NCBI GenBank assembly: GCA_044376115.1
Contig: JBILLK010000003.1
Location: forward strand, 64,001 to 128,000
DNA: 64,000 nt
Direction: 5' to 3'
Source of the DNA: Polyangiaceae bacterium
GTDB lineage: Bacteria > Myxococcota_A > Polyangia > Polyangiales > Polyangiaceae
Positions 51,118-60,725 of the stretch are shown here, piece after piece. Each line of letters opens with the position of its first letter. Positions within the stretch are counted from its first letter, which is position 1. A model generated the notes under the pieces. That model was given only the letters and a program-made list of their open reading frames with translations. It had not been told where the DNA came from and searched no databases. The translations under genes and the position numbers were made by a program.

Positions 51118-52632
51118 ATGTCCGGCGACCGATTGACACGAACGGAGCTTTCCTGGTTGCTGACCCAGGAGGCCAAATCCGCTGCAGAGAAGTTGCGCAA
51201 AGGCGTAGGGCTGACCAATCCGCCGCCAGCGCCCGCACCAGGTGGAGCGCAGACGGTCCCACCTCCTCACGAGCGAGTTGGTTCTTCCCCGCCCGTGGTG
51301 ATTCGGGACACCGTGCTCATGCCAACTCCGCTCCCCGGCGCAGTGACGGTGCCGGCCGTGATGTTTGGACATGAAGACACCGGCGTCGAGAGCGTGCTCA
51401 ATCGGCTCGATGAAACCATGAGTGTGTTGGCCACTCTCTACGGTGGGCACTCCCGTGGTCGTCGCGGAAAGATCGATGTCGCAGCGTTGCTCTGGGAAAT
51501 CGCTCCCGAGGCCCGCGTGTCGATCGAAATGGGAAAGAGCGGCCTCGTCGTATTCGGTGACGAGAATGAACTGCGTCGCATGTTGTACGTGCTGATGGCC
51601 ATCGGCGGAGACCCGGCGGCACAAGGTGCGGTTGAGGTCAGCGTCAAACGCGACGGCGACAACGTCCGCATCGCGGTCGAGCTCGGGCCCGAGAAAACGC
51701 GCGGGTTCGAGGCGGAAACACAATGGCTCTCACGCATGGCAACTCGCTACGGTGGTCAGTACCTGCTCGAGGGAAACCACAACACCCTCGAGCTGCCCGT
51801 GTCCGAAGAGCAGCGCGAGGTTGATGAGCTGCGGAAGGAACTCGCTGCAGCTCAGGCTCAAGGGGAGGCCTACGCACGTGAACTTGCAGCGGTGATGTCG
51901 TCGCGCAGCGAGCCGCCCCCGCCTGGGTCTCGTTCGAGCAGTGCACCAACGGCCGACGGTCTCTCGTCCTTGGTGGGCATGGCGCGCGCGCTGGTCACCG
52001 ACGTTCGAGGGATCCTTGCGGCCATTGGTCGGGAGATGGCGCCTCTACGTGAGCGTGGTCGCTGGGGTGATCACGATGCCGAGATTGGAGAAGTCGCGGC
52101 GAGCGTGAGTCGACATGTGACCGCAGCCAGTGAAGTCGTGAGTGACCTCGCGAGGCTGGCGGGCTGTCCGCTTTACGAGTTGCCCTCGAGCTGCAACCTC
52201 GCGGACATCATTCGGGACGTGGTGAAGTCTGAATATCTGCGCGCCACTCGTCACGGAGTTGGGATTCACCTGGAATTGCCTCCCGGCGGAGTGGACGAGG
52301 TTCTGCCCGCCGGCTCTGTGCACGTGCTCGTGCAGGAGCTGATGGATAGCGCTATCAGTGTCTCGCCCGCTGATTCCAAGGTTTCGATCGGGCTCACCCA
52401 AACGGCCGCCGGCGTGGTCATCACGATCGATGATTCTGGGCCGCCGCTCACTGCAAAAGCCAAGAATGGTGCGAGCGCTCGAGAGTTCGATGCGCTTGTG
52501 CAAGAGCGTGCGGCTGCCTTGCCGCTCATCGCCGGATTTGCCATCGCCTCTCACCTCCACGCCCCGCTTACACTTGAAGATTCTCCACGCGGCGGCACGA
52601 GGGTGCGCGTGCTATTTCCCCGCTCCGAATGA
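51118..52632 (+). CDS. Histidine-kinase-like protein with two degenerate HATPase-like regions
   Basis: VFGDENELRRML...VRIAVE...GGQY (first region); ELMDSAI...ITIDDSGPP...GGTRVRVLFP (second region); no canonical H box or G boxes. Confidence 0.65.
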   Translation: MSGDRLTRTELSWLLTQEAKSAAEKLRKGVGLTNPPPAPAPGGAQTVPPPHERVGSSPPVVIRDTVLMPTPLPGAVTVPAVMFGHEDTGVESVLNRLDETMSVLATLYGGHSRGRRGKIDVAALLWEIAPEARVSIEMGKSGLVVFGDENELRRMLYVLMAIGGDPAAQGAVEVSVKRDGDNVRIAVELGPEKTRGFEAETQWLSRMATRYGGQYLLEGNHNTLELPVSEEQREVDELRKELAAAQAQGEAYARELAAVMSSRSEPPPPGSRSSSAPTADGLSSLVGMARALVTDVRGILAAIGREMAPLRERGRWGDHDAEIGEVAASVSRHVTAASEVVSDLARLAGCPLYELPSSCNLADIIRDVVKSEYLRATRHGVGIHLELPPGGVDEVLPAGSVHVLVQELMDSAISVSPADSKVSIGLTQTAAGVVITIDDSGPPLTAKAKNGASAREFDALVQERAAALPLIAGFAIASHLHAPLTLEDSPRGGTRVRVLFPRSE

Positions 52633-54587
52633 GGTTTCCGAATCTTCGGCCTCGGCTCGACTTTCGACTGCCGAGCTGGCCCTATCTGTCAATCGCGGGC
52701 GCTTTTGTTGGGCTCGCGGACGTGATTGCTTCCAGCGTTACCACCACCTTCCCAAGCTTTTCTGGGAGGTTGCAGCACGCGCTTTTCGACATCGCCACGG
52801 CTGCTCTGCTCGGGCTCGTCGCCGACTTCCTGGTCGCTCTTTTGTCACGGCTGCCAAGGAAGTGGCACGCGTATCTCGGCGTGATCTTGTTCGGGACGCT
52901 GTTTCTGAACTGGGTGATGGAGCGCATCTTCGTGCGGCAAGCGGATGTCCCGTTGGAGGGCAAGGTCTCCTTGCTGCTGCGACTGGCCTTTGCTCTGGGC
53001 ACGGGACTTGGAACGGCGGTGCTGATGGTGGTCGGCACGAGCGTTGGGGCGGCTCGGCACCGCTGGGCGCCGCTCGCGGTGGTGCCGGCTTTTGTAGCGC
53101 TCTTCTTCAATTTTCGGCTCTATCGCGATGATTACGTGGAGGCTCACAGCCTTACCTCCTTCTACGTGCTCGTGCTGCTCGGCTCCTTCCTGAGCGGGAA
53201 GGTGTTGCGGGCTTATCCGGCACCGCGTCTTCGACCACGGCTCGTTTGGGCCAGCTTGATCTTGGTGTTGGGCTCGTGGCCACCGAGTAACTCGGTTCGG
53301 CAGCTGCTATTCAAATCACCCGGGTCGGTCGGAGCTTGGATAGCCGCCAATGTTTTCTGGACGCTTCCGCAAACGGGAGCACCGATTCATCCCGACGTGG
53401 ACCCGCGTTGGCTATCGGTGCGAGAGGGAACGCGCGCGCCCTCGGAAGCGCGACCGACGAAGGAACCTCCGGTGGTCGTGCTGCTCACCATCGATGCTAC
53501 GCGGCGAGACGCGATTCTCGGCGAAGGAAGGGCAGCGGAGCTGAAGAACTTCTCGAAGCTGATGAAGGAAGGGGCGGTCTTCACGCAGGCTCGCTCTCCC
53601 GGAAGTCAGACCGCGGTTTCGCTCTCCGCGCTCTTCACCGGGAAGTACTTTAGCGAGCTGCGTTGGGAGAAGTTCGGCAAGGGCCGAACGCGCTTCGACT
53701 ACCCCGCCACGGACGATACCGAGCGCTTCGTCGCGAAGCTTACCGACTTCGGGGTATCAACCTTCAAGGTCGTCAGCCTTACCTTCCTACGCAACGACTT
53801 CGGCGTCGCGCGCGGATTCGCCGAAGAGGAGATCGTCACCGAGGGAAGACGTCATGCGCGCGGCAAAGAGGTCGTCGATCCGCTGATTCGTCGCTTGCGC
53901 AACGCCGCACCGGATGAGCCGCTGTTCGTCTACGCGCACCTGACCGAGCCCCACGCGCCGTATGATCGCGGTAAGGTCAAGGCGGGCCTTCCGAAGAAGT
54001 GTTACCTCTCCGAGGTGAACCTGGCAGACGACTTTGTAGGTCAGGTGATGACGGTCCTTTCTTCTGGTGATCTCGCCCGCCGCAGTGTGCTCATCATCAG
54101 CGCCGATCATGGTGAAGCGTTCGGCGAACATGGCACCTACGAGCACACCAAGACGATCTACGAGGAGCAACTTCGAGTCCCGCTCTTCGTCTGGGGCGCT
54201 GGGATTCCTGCTCGCTGGATTGATGAGCCGGTAAGCCTTGTCGATCTAGGTCCCACGGTGCTTGACCTGTTCAAGGTCCCCACGCCTGACTTCATGGTCG
54301 GGGAGAGCCTGCTGCCGCTGCTGATCAACGGGGAAGCACGACTCACGCGGCCGCTGTTTGCCGAAGGCCGGTTGCGGCGCGCCATCTTCATAGGCGATCT
54401 GAAGGTGATCGTGGATGAGCGACGCAAGACGGTTGAAGCCTACGACTTGGCGAAGGACCCGGATGAGTTGGTCAACATCTTCGACTCTGAGTCGGAGCGT
54501 GTGCAGACCGCGCTGGCAACCTTGAACCTCTACTTCGAGAACCGTATGGAACGTCGAGACGGTTACACCCCGATCTATAAGCCGTAA
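52629..54587 (+). CDS. Multi-TM sulfatase-like hydrolase/transferase
   Basis: LLTIDATRRD, SQTAVSLSALFTG, HLTEPHAPY, SADHGEAFGEHG, YDLAKDPDE. Confidence 0.88.
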   Translation: MRFPNLRPRLDFRLPSWPYLSIAGAFVGLADVIASSVTTTFPSFSGRLQHALFDIATAALLGLVADFLVALLSRLPRKWHAYLGVILFGTLFLNWVMERIFVRQADVPLEGKVSLLLRLAFALGTGLGTAVLMVVGTSVGAARHRWAPLAVVPAFVALFFNFRLYRDDYVEAHSLTSFYVLVLLGSFLSGKVLRAYPAPRLRPRLVWASLILVLGSWPPSNSVRQLLFKSPGSVGAWIAANVFWTLPQTGAPIHPDVDPRWLSVREGTRAPSEARPTKEPPVVVLLTIDATRRDAILGEGRAAELKNFSKLMKEGAVFTQARSPGSQTAVSLSALFTGKYFSELRWEKFGKGRTRFDYPATDDTERFVAKLTDFGVSTFKVVSLTFLRNDFGVARGFAEEEIVTEGRRHARGKEVVDPLIRRLRNAAPDEPLFVYAHLTEPHAPYDRGKVKAGLPKKCYLSEVNLADDFVGQVMTVLSSGDLARRSVLIISADHGEAFGEHGTYEHTKTIYEEQLRVPLFVWGAGIPARWIDEPVSLVDLGPTVLDLFKVPTPDFMVGESLLPLLINGEARLTRPLFAEGRLRRAIFIGDLKVIVDERRKTVEAYDLAKDPDELVNIFDSESERVQTALATLNLYFENRMERRDGYTPIYKP

Positions 54588-54590
54588 CGC

Positions 54591-55139
54591 ATGGGGATTC
54601 GCATCATCGCCGGAGAGTTTGGTGGGAGACGCCTCGAGGCACCTCCTGGCCGTGAGACCAGGCCCACCTCGGATCGCGTTCGCGAAGCGCTCTTCTCCAT
54701 CCTCGGCTCGATGGACGAGTTGGTCGTGCTGGACGTGTACGCCGGCTCGGGGGCGCTAGGCCTCGAGGCGCTTTCGCGCGGTGCCACGCGAGCCACCTTC
54801 ATCGACCAAAGCCGTCTGGCGATCGCAACGTTGCGCAAGAACATCGCGACGCTCGAGCTCGGGGACCGCTGCGAGGTGGTTCAGGACTCGGCCGTGCGCG
54901 CGCTCAACCGCTCGATGGCCCCGGTGGATCTCGTCTTCGCCGATCCGCCATACGCTGATCTTGCGCGTGCAGCGCCGCTCTTGGAGCAACTGGCGAAACG
55001 CAGCGCTCTCGCGAAAGGCGCGCGCATCGTGGTCGAACATCGCTCGACCGATAGGCCCGAACTGCCGTCGTTTGAGCTCGCGCCGACTCGCATCTACGGC
55101 GATACCGCGTTGACGCTGGGCCAGCTGCGGGGGGCCTGA
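54591..55139 (+). CDS. rsmD: 16S rRNA m2G966 methyltransferase
   Basis: RIIAGEFGGRRL, TRPTSDRVREALF, AGSGALGLEALSRGA, DPPY. Confidence 0.96.
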   Translation: MGIRIIAGEFGGRRLEAPPGRETRPTSDRVREALFSILGSMDELVVLDVYAGSGALGLEALSRGATRATFIDQSRLAIATLRKNIATLELGDRCEVVQDSAVRALNRSMAPVDLVFADPPYADLARAAPLLEQLAKRSALAKGARIVVEHRSTDRPELPSFELAPTRIYGDTALTLGQLRGA

Positions 55140-55203
55140 TGCTCGCCCTTGGCGTGCAATCACTTCGCAGCGCTGGCTGACCCGTGTTAACGCCCGCCCA
55201 GCC

Positions 55204-56823
55204 ATGATTCGCCTGGATGAAGTCTCGAAACAGCACGGTCAGCAGATCCTCTTCATGGACGCTGGCATGACGGTCTTTCGCGGGGAGAAGGTTGGTTTGG
55301 TCGGACCGAACGGTTCCGGCAAGTCCACCATCTTTCGCATGATCGTACGTGAAGAGGCCCCTGACGGCGGTCAGGTCATGATCGATAAGAACACCACCAT
55401 CGGCTACTTCAGCCAGGACGTGGGGGAGATGAAGGGACGCTCGGTATTGGCCGAGACCATGGCGGGCGCTGGCGAGGTCTCCGGCGCAATGGCCAAGTTG
55501 CAAGAACTCGAAGCGGCGATGGCAGATCCGGAGCGTTTGGACGAGATCGACAAGCTCGTCGAGCAGTTTGGTGAGGCCCAATCACGCTTTGAGGAGCTGG
55601 GCGGTTACGCCCTCGAGGCGCGCGCCCGCGAGATTTTGGCCGGCCTCGGGTTTCGACCAGAGGTGGTCGAAAAGGACGTTGGAGAGCTTTCGGGAGGCTG
55701 GAAGATGCGCGTCGCGCTGGCCCGCATCCTGTTGATGCAACCCGACGCCTTGCTGCTCGACGAGCCCACCAACCATCTCGACATCGAGTCGATCATTTGG
55801 CTCGAACGTTTTCTGCGCGGTTATGAAGGTGGCTTGCTGATGACCTCGCACGATCGCGAGTTCCTCAATCGCTTGGTCACCAAGATTGTCGAGATCGATG
55901 GCGGTGAGCTGACGACCTTCTCCGGCAACTACGACTTCTATGAGCGCCAACGGGCCGTGCTCGCAGAGCAGGCGGAGGCGCAGTTCGCGCGCCAACAGGC
56001 GATGCTGGCGAAGGAGCAGGCCTTCATCGCTCGCTTCAAGGCCCGAGCGAGCCACGCTGCGCAGGTTCAATCGCGCGTGAAGAAGCTCGAGAAGATCGAG
56101 AAGGTAGAACCGCCGCGCAGGCGCCGAGTGATCGAGTTCGACTTCAAGGCGCCGGATCGATCGGGGGAAGACGTGGCCAAGCTCGAGGGCGTGCGAAAGG
56201 CGTACGGGTCGAAGGTCATTTACGACAAGCTCGACCTCCTGATTCGACGTCGTGAGCGTTGGTGCATCATGGGCATCAACGGAGCGGGCAAGAGCACCTT
56301 GCTCAAGCTCATCACCTCCCACACCGCGCCGGACGCTGGGGCCGTGTCGGTCGGAGCCAGCGTCAAGATGGGCTACTTCGCCCAGCATTCAATGGACTTG
56401 CTCGACGGTGAGCGGACCGTGATCGAGAGCCTCCAGGCTTCCTTCCCGTTCGCAACGCTCGGCACCTTGCGTAATCTCGCCGGCGCCTTCGGCTTCTCTG
56501 GAGACGATGTCGAGAAGACCTGCCGCATTCTTTCGGGTGGGGAGAAGGCGCGCCTCGTGCTCGCTCAAATGCTGTACGACCCGCCGAACTTCCTCGTGCT
56601 CGACGAGCCCACCAACCATCTCGACATGACCACCAAAGAGACGTTGATGAAGGCCCTCTCGGACTTCGAAGGGACCATGCTTTTCGTTTCCCACGATCGC
56701 AACTTCCTCGGTGCGCTCTCCAACCGAGTGCTCGAGGTTTCGAGCGAAGGGATTCGGAGTTACGGCGGCGGATACAAGGAGTACGTCGCTGCTACGGGCC
56801 GCGAAGCGCCTGGCGTCGGCTGA
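55204..56823 (+). CDS. ABC-F family ribosome-associated ATPase
   Basis: Two NBDs (GPNGSGKST/GINGAGKST, LSGGW/LSGGE, LDEPTNHLD); no TM segments. Confidence 0.96.
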   Translation: MIRLDEVSKQHGQQILFMDAGMTVFRGEKVGLVGPNGSGKSTIFRMIVREEAPDGGQVMIDKNTTIGYFSQDVGEMKGRSVLAETMAGAGEVSGAMAKLQELEAAMADPERLDEIDKLVEQFGEAQSRFEELGGYALEARAREILAGLGFRPEVVEKDVGELSGGWKMRVALARILLMQPDALLLDEPTNHLDIESIIWLERFLRGYEGGLLMTSHDREFLNRLVTKIVEIDGGELTTFSGNYDFYERQRAVLAEQAEAQFARQQAMLAKEQAFIARFKARASHAAQVQSRVKKLEKIEKVEPPRRRRVIEFDFKAPDRSGEDVAKLEGVRKAYGSKVIYDKLDLLIRRRERWCIMGINGAGKSTLLKLITSHTAPDAGAVSVGASVKMGYFAQHSMDLLDGERTVIESLQASFPFATLGTLRNLAGAFGFSGDDVEKTCRILSGGEKARLVLAQMLYDPPNFLVLDEPTNHLDMTTKETLMKALSDFEGTMLFVSHDRNFLGALSNRVLEVSSEGIRSYGGGYKEYVAATGREAPGVG

Positions 56824-56875
56824 CCGCTACACCTTTCGTCCCAAAGCCAGTGCGACCCGTGGCAGAATCCGCCGC

Positions 56876-58195
56876 ATGGAATCGCAGGAAATGATCGACC
56901 TGTGCATGAAGCACAGCCTCTTCTCGTGGTCGGCTAGTGGCAAAGTGGACCCCCTCCCGATCGCGCGCGCGGAGGGCATTTACCTCTATTCACCCGAAGG
57001 AAAACGCTGGATTGACTTCAATAGTCAATTGATGAGCGTCAACATCGGGCACGGCCACCCGAAGGTGATCGAGGCGATCAAGAAGCAGGCGGACACGCTG
57101 ATCTACGCCTACCCGGGGATGGTTACCGAGGTGCGGGCGCGCCTGTCAAAGAAGCTCGCCGACATCGTTCCCGGCCACCTCAATACGTTTTTCTACACAC
57201 TCGGCGGCGCCGAGGCGAACGAGAACGCGATCAAGGCAGCTCGCCTCTTCACTGGGCGTCACAAGATCATCGCTCGCTATCGCAGCTACCACGGCGCAAC
57301 GCATGGCGTGATGTCGCTAACGGGTGATCCGCGTCGCTGGCCCAATGAGCCTGGAATGGCGGGCATCGTTCGCGTGATGGACCCGCGCCCGTACGACTAC
57401 TCCTTCGGCACCAGCGACAGTGAGATCGTCGCCAACAACCTCCGCTACCTCGAAGAGATCATCCAATATGAAGGTCCGCACACCATTGCGGCGATGTTCA
57501 TCGAGACCGTTACCGGCACCAACGGCATCCTGCCTCCGCCAGAGGGCTATCTGAAGGGCTTGAAGGCTCTGCTCGAGAAGTACGGCATCCTCCTCGTGTG
57601 CGATGAAGTGATGTGCGGCTTCGGACGCACTGGAAAGTTGTTCGCCTTTGAGCACGGTGGAATCGTGCCCGATATCCTGACGATGGCGAAGGGCTTGACC
57701 AGCTCGTACATGCCGCTCGGAGTCATGGCGCTCTCTGACAAGATCGCCGATCACTTCCGAGAGAACGTGTTCTGGGGCGGCCTTACGTACAACGCCCACC
57801 CGATGTGTTTGGCGGCTGCGCTCGCTGCCGTGGACGTGCTGCTCGACGAGGGTATGGTCGAGAACTCAGCCAAGATGGGCGTGCTGATGAACGAACATAT
57901 GCAACGCCTCGCGGCCAAACATCCGTCAGTGCGCGAGCATCGCAATATCGGCCTGTTTGGTCTGATCGAGCTACGCAAGAACTCCAAGAACGAGCGCTTG
58001 GTGCCCTACGCCGGTTCGCACCCGGTGATGGCCAAGCTCGGCAAGTACTTCAAGGAGAATGGCCTCTTCACCGTTCTTCAATGGAGCACCGTTATGTGCA
58101 ATCCCCCGCTCTCTATCAACGAGCAGCAGATGGAAGAGGCCTTCACTATCATCGACGGTGGCCTTTCCCTGATCGACGAAGTGTACGAGGGCTGA
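56876..58195 (+). CDS. Class-III PLP aminotransferase (omega-amino acid type)
   Basis: GAEANENAIK, SYHG, DEVMCGFGRTG, TMAKGLT (PLP Lys), GLTYNAHP. Confidence 0.95.
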   Translation: MESQEMIDLCMKHSLFSWSASGKVDPLPIARAEGIYLYSPEGKRWIDFNSQLMSVNIGHGHPKVIEAIKKQADTLIYAYPGMVTEVRARLSKKLADIVPGHLNTFFYTLGGAEANENAIKAARLFTGRHKIIARYRSYHGATHGVMSLTGDPRRWPNEPGMAGIVRVMDPRPYDYSFGTSDSEIVANNLRYLEEIIQYEGPHTIAAMFIETVTGTNGILPPPEGYLKGLKALLEKYGILLVCDEVMCGFGRTGKLFAFEHGGIVPDILTMAKGLTSSYMPLGVMALSDKIADHFRENVFWGGLTYNAHPMCLAAALAAVDVLLDEGMVENSAKMGVLMNEHMQRLAAKHPSVREHRNIGLFGLIELRKNSKNERLVPYAGSHPVMAKLGKYFKENGLFTVLQWSTVMCNPPLSINEQQMEEAFTIIDGGLSLIDEVYEG

Positions 58196-58199
58196 GCCG

Positions 58200-59321
58200 A
58201 TGACCGACAAGCGGCTGATTCAGTGTGAATGGCACAAGGCTTCGACAGGGCCGCTCGAGACGGCGCGAATCTTCGATGGCCTCACCCAACCGGAAGGCTT
58301 CGTTGTCGAGCGTTCGCGCAGCGAAGTCGCAGTGAAGTTGCCGCGAGACGGTCGGGCTGAGGTGCTGAGCGTGTTGCGCGGGGCAGCCAAGCTGGATGAC
58401 CCGGAATACGGCGTGCTGCGAATCAAGCCAGGCGTTCATCTCTACCTCCCGCGAGGGCGAGAGGTGGACTTGGAGCTTGCTGCAGGCACGGAGGTCGTCC
58501 GCGTTCTCGAGTGCGCCGAGGGCAAGAGCTCGGCTCGAGGAACGGAGTTGCTCGTGCGCAATGAGCGCTACTTGTCGGCCTGTGCAACAGACAGCCAAAT
58601 GCTTCGTTGGATCTTCACGCCGCAGTACGTCAGCAGGCGCATTTTCCTTCATCACGACCAAGCCCTCGTCTCCAAAAACGGGGACCCAGTCTCGTGGTTT
58701 CACACGACCATGTTCGACGTTGGTGGCCTACCTATGAATGAGGAAGGCGAGCCGGTGTTCAAGATGTCGTACAACTCACGCACGGAATTCAACGTCCTCT
58801 ACGACGTCGCAGGGGACGTGCGCGTGCGCTTCGCCGAGCACCCCTATGCTGAGAAGGGTCAACTTTGGCGCGGTTGGCGCACGCTTGATTCAGAGAGCAC
58901 CTACCACCTCAATGAACCACGAGAGGTTCAGCCCCTGCGCAACAAACACGAGGTTGTGGCCCACAACGGGCATGCCTCGCTCTTCTGCGTGTTCGACCCA
59001 GCACCCACGGGGATCGAGAAGCATCAGCCCGGCAGCTACAGCGACTACGAGGCATTCGATGTCGTCTCCAAGCGTCCTGACTACGCAGCCCAACAAGCCG
59101 TCATAGCCGCGTTTGACGACATGGTGCAGAGGCTCTCCATTGCCGAGGCGCAAGGCGTGCTCGAGCAACAGCTCCGAACCAACGTTGAGGTCCAGCGCGC
59201 CCATGCGCTCTTCGAGCAAGGCCTAAAGGCACAGCTGGCGCTCGAGGCGAGTTTACTCGAAGCCCTGAAGGACGATCCCAAGCGGCAGGCCATCCTGCAA
59301 CCTTGGCGCGTCAAAGCCTAA
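58200..59321 (+). CDS. Putative bicupin with divergent ectoine-synthase (EctC)-like domain
   Basis: Colinear motifs SRRIFL..D, SWFHTT, YNSRTE, TYHLNE, NKH, CVFDPAPTGIEKH..GSY parallel the EctC pattern SRRLLL..D, FSFHxT, YxNHxE, YALD, DxH, CVFNPPLTGxEVH..GxY. Confidence 0.68.
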   Translation: MTDKRLIQCEWHKASTGPLETARIFDGLTQPEGFVVERSRSEVAVKLPRDGRAEVLSVLRGAAKLDDPEYGVLRIKPGVHLYLPRGREVDLELAAGTEVVRVLECAEGKSSARGTELLVRNERYLSACATDSQMLRWIFTPQYVSRRIFLHHDQALVSKNGDPVSWFHTTMFDVGGLPMNEEGEPVFKMSYNSRTEFNVLYDVAGDVRVRFAEHPYAEKGQLWRGWRTLDSESTYHLNEPREVQPLRNKHEVVAHNGHASLFCVFDPAPTGIEKHQPGSYSDYEAFDVVSKRPDYAAQQAVIAAFDDMVQRLSIAEAQGVLEQQLRTNVEVQRAHALFEQGLKAQLALEASLLEALKDDPKRQAILQPWRVKA

Positions 59322-59404
59322 ATCTGCTGAAGGCGAATGAGTCATTCTCCGCGCTCGCTCGGTCGCGTCCAACATTGACGATGACCGGGTGAGCCATCCC
59401 GCGT

Positions 59405-60724
59405 ATGAGCGACGCGATGATCGCTTCCACCAGCTCCTTCGCCGCGCTCGGGCTCTCTGCGGCAATTCTTCGCGCGATTGACGATGAAGATTATGACGCG
59501 CCCACTCCGGTCCAAGAGCAGGTGGTGCCGAAGGCCATCTCGGGCCGGGACATCTTAGCGGCTGCGCAAACAGGTACTGGCAAGACCGCGGCCTTCGTTC
59601 TGCCGATTCTGCAGCATCTTTCGGAGTCTCCGAACGATCCACGCGGAGCTCGTGATATCCGCGCGCTGATTCTCACTCCCACGCGTGAGTTGGCCGCGCA
59701 GATCGGAGAACGCATCAGCGCCTACGGGAAGTACCTCAAGGTTGGTCATACCGTCGTCTATGGCGGCGTAGGGCAGCGACCGCAGGAAGAAGCTTTACGC
59801 CGTCGCCCAGACATCCTCGTCGCAACACCCGGCCGTTTGCTCGATCTCATGGGTCAGGGCTTCGTGAAGCTGCGTGGCATCACACACTTCGTCTTGGACG
59901 AGGCCGACCGCATGCTCGACATGGGCTTCATTCACGACGTGCGCAAGGTGATCGCCGTACTACCGAAGGAGCGGCAAACGCTGCTCTTTTCCGCAACGAT
60001 TCCCGCCGATATCGAGCGCCTTGCTGGCTCGCTATTGGAGGAGCCCGTGCGCGTCGCCATTACGCCCAAGATCACGACCGCCGAGGGCGTCGATCAGGCG
60101 GTGATCTTCTCGGAGACGGCCGAGAAACGAGTCTTGCTCGAGCGGATTCTCCGTCGGCCCGACGTAAAGCGGACGATCGTGTTCACGCGCACGAAGCATG
60201 GCGCCAATCGCCTCACGCGCGATCTGGAGCGAGCTGGCATCGCCTCTTTGGCCATCCACGGTAACAAGTCGCAAAACGCTCGCGATCGGGCGCTCTCAAG
60301 CTTCAAGACCGGTGAAATCCCGGTGTTGGTCGCCACCGATGTTGCTGCGCGCGGCATCGATGTGGACGACGTCTCTCACGTCGTGAACTTCGACGTACCG
60401 AACATCCCCGAGAGCTACGTCCATCGCATCGGTCGCACCGGCCGTGCTGGCGCGGTTGGCCAAGCCATTTCGCTTTGCGCGGCGGAAGAGCGTCCGTTCC
60501 TCGCTGACATCGAGAAGCTGATCAAGAAGACGATCCCTTCGATCGACGTTGACGGCAACCTACTGGAGCGGCCGCAAGCCCGCGCGGTCGCGGCTGCGCC
60601 ACCCCCGGGCCGCGGCGGTGGCGGCAGACCCGGTGGAGGAGGCGGTGGCGGAGGCCGGTCTGGAGGAGGCGGCGGCGGCAGTCGGCCAAGCGGTGGCGGC
60701 GGTCGCCGTCCACGGTACCGCTGA
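59405..60724 (+). CDS. rhlE: DEAD-box RNA helicase (RhlE-like) with Gly/Arg-rich tail
   Basis: [33 protein letters not shown]. Confidence 0.93.
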   Translation: MSDAMIASTSSFAALGLSAAILRAIDDEDYDAPTPVQEQVVPKAISGRDILAAAQTGTGKTAAFVLPILQHLSESPNDPRGARDIRALILTPTRELAAQIGERISAYGKYLKVGHTVVYGGVGQRPQEEALRRRPDILVATPGRLLDLMGQGFVKLRGITHFVLDEADRMLDMGFIHDVRKVIAVLPKERQTLLFSATIPADIERLAGSLLEEPVRVAITPKITTAEGVDQAVIFSETAEKRVLLERILRRPDVKRTIVFTRTKHGANRLTRDLERAGIASLAIHGNKSQNARDRALSSFKTGEIPVLVATDVAARGIDVDDVSHVVNFDVPNIPESYVHRIGRTGRAGAVGQAISLCAAEERPFLADIEKLIKKTIPSIDVDGNLLERPQARAVAAAPPPGRGGGGRPGGGGGGGGRSGGGGGGSRPSGGGGRRPRYR

Positions 60725-60725
60725 G

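Noticed and set aside
56876..59321. Canonical ectABC operon call
   Set aside because: No ectA, the aminotransferase lacks EctB signatures, and the cupin is about three times EctC length; reported as EctC-like only
60605..60705. GGC/GGA-rich low-complexity tract
   Set aside because: Encodes the ordinary Gly/Arg tail of a DEAD-box helicase
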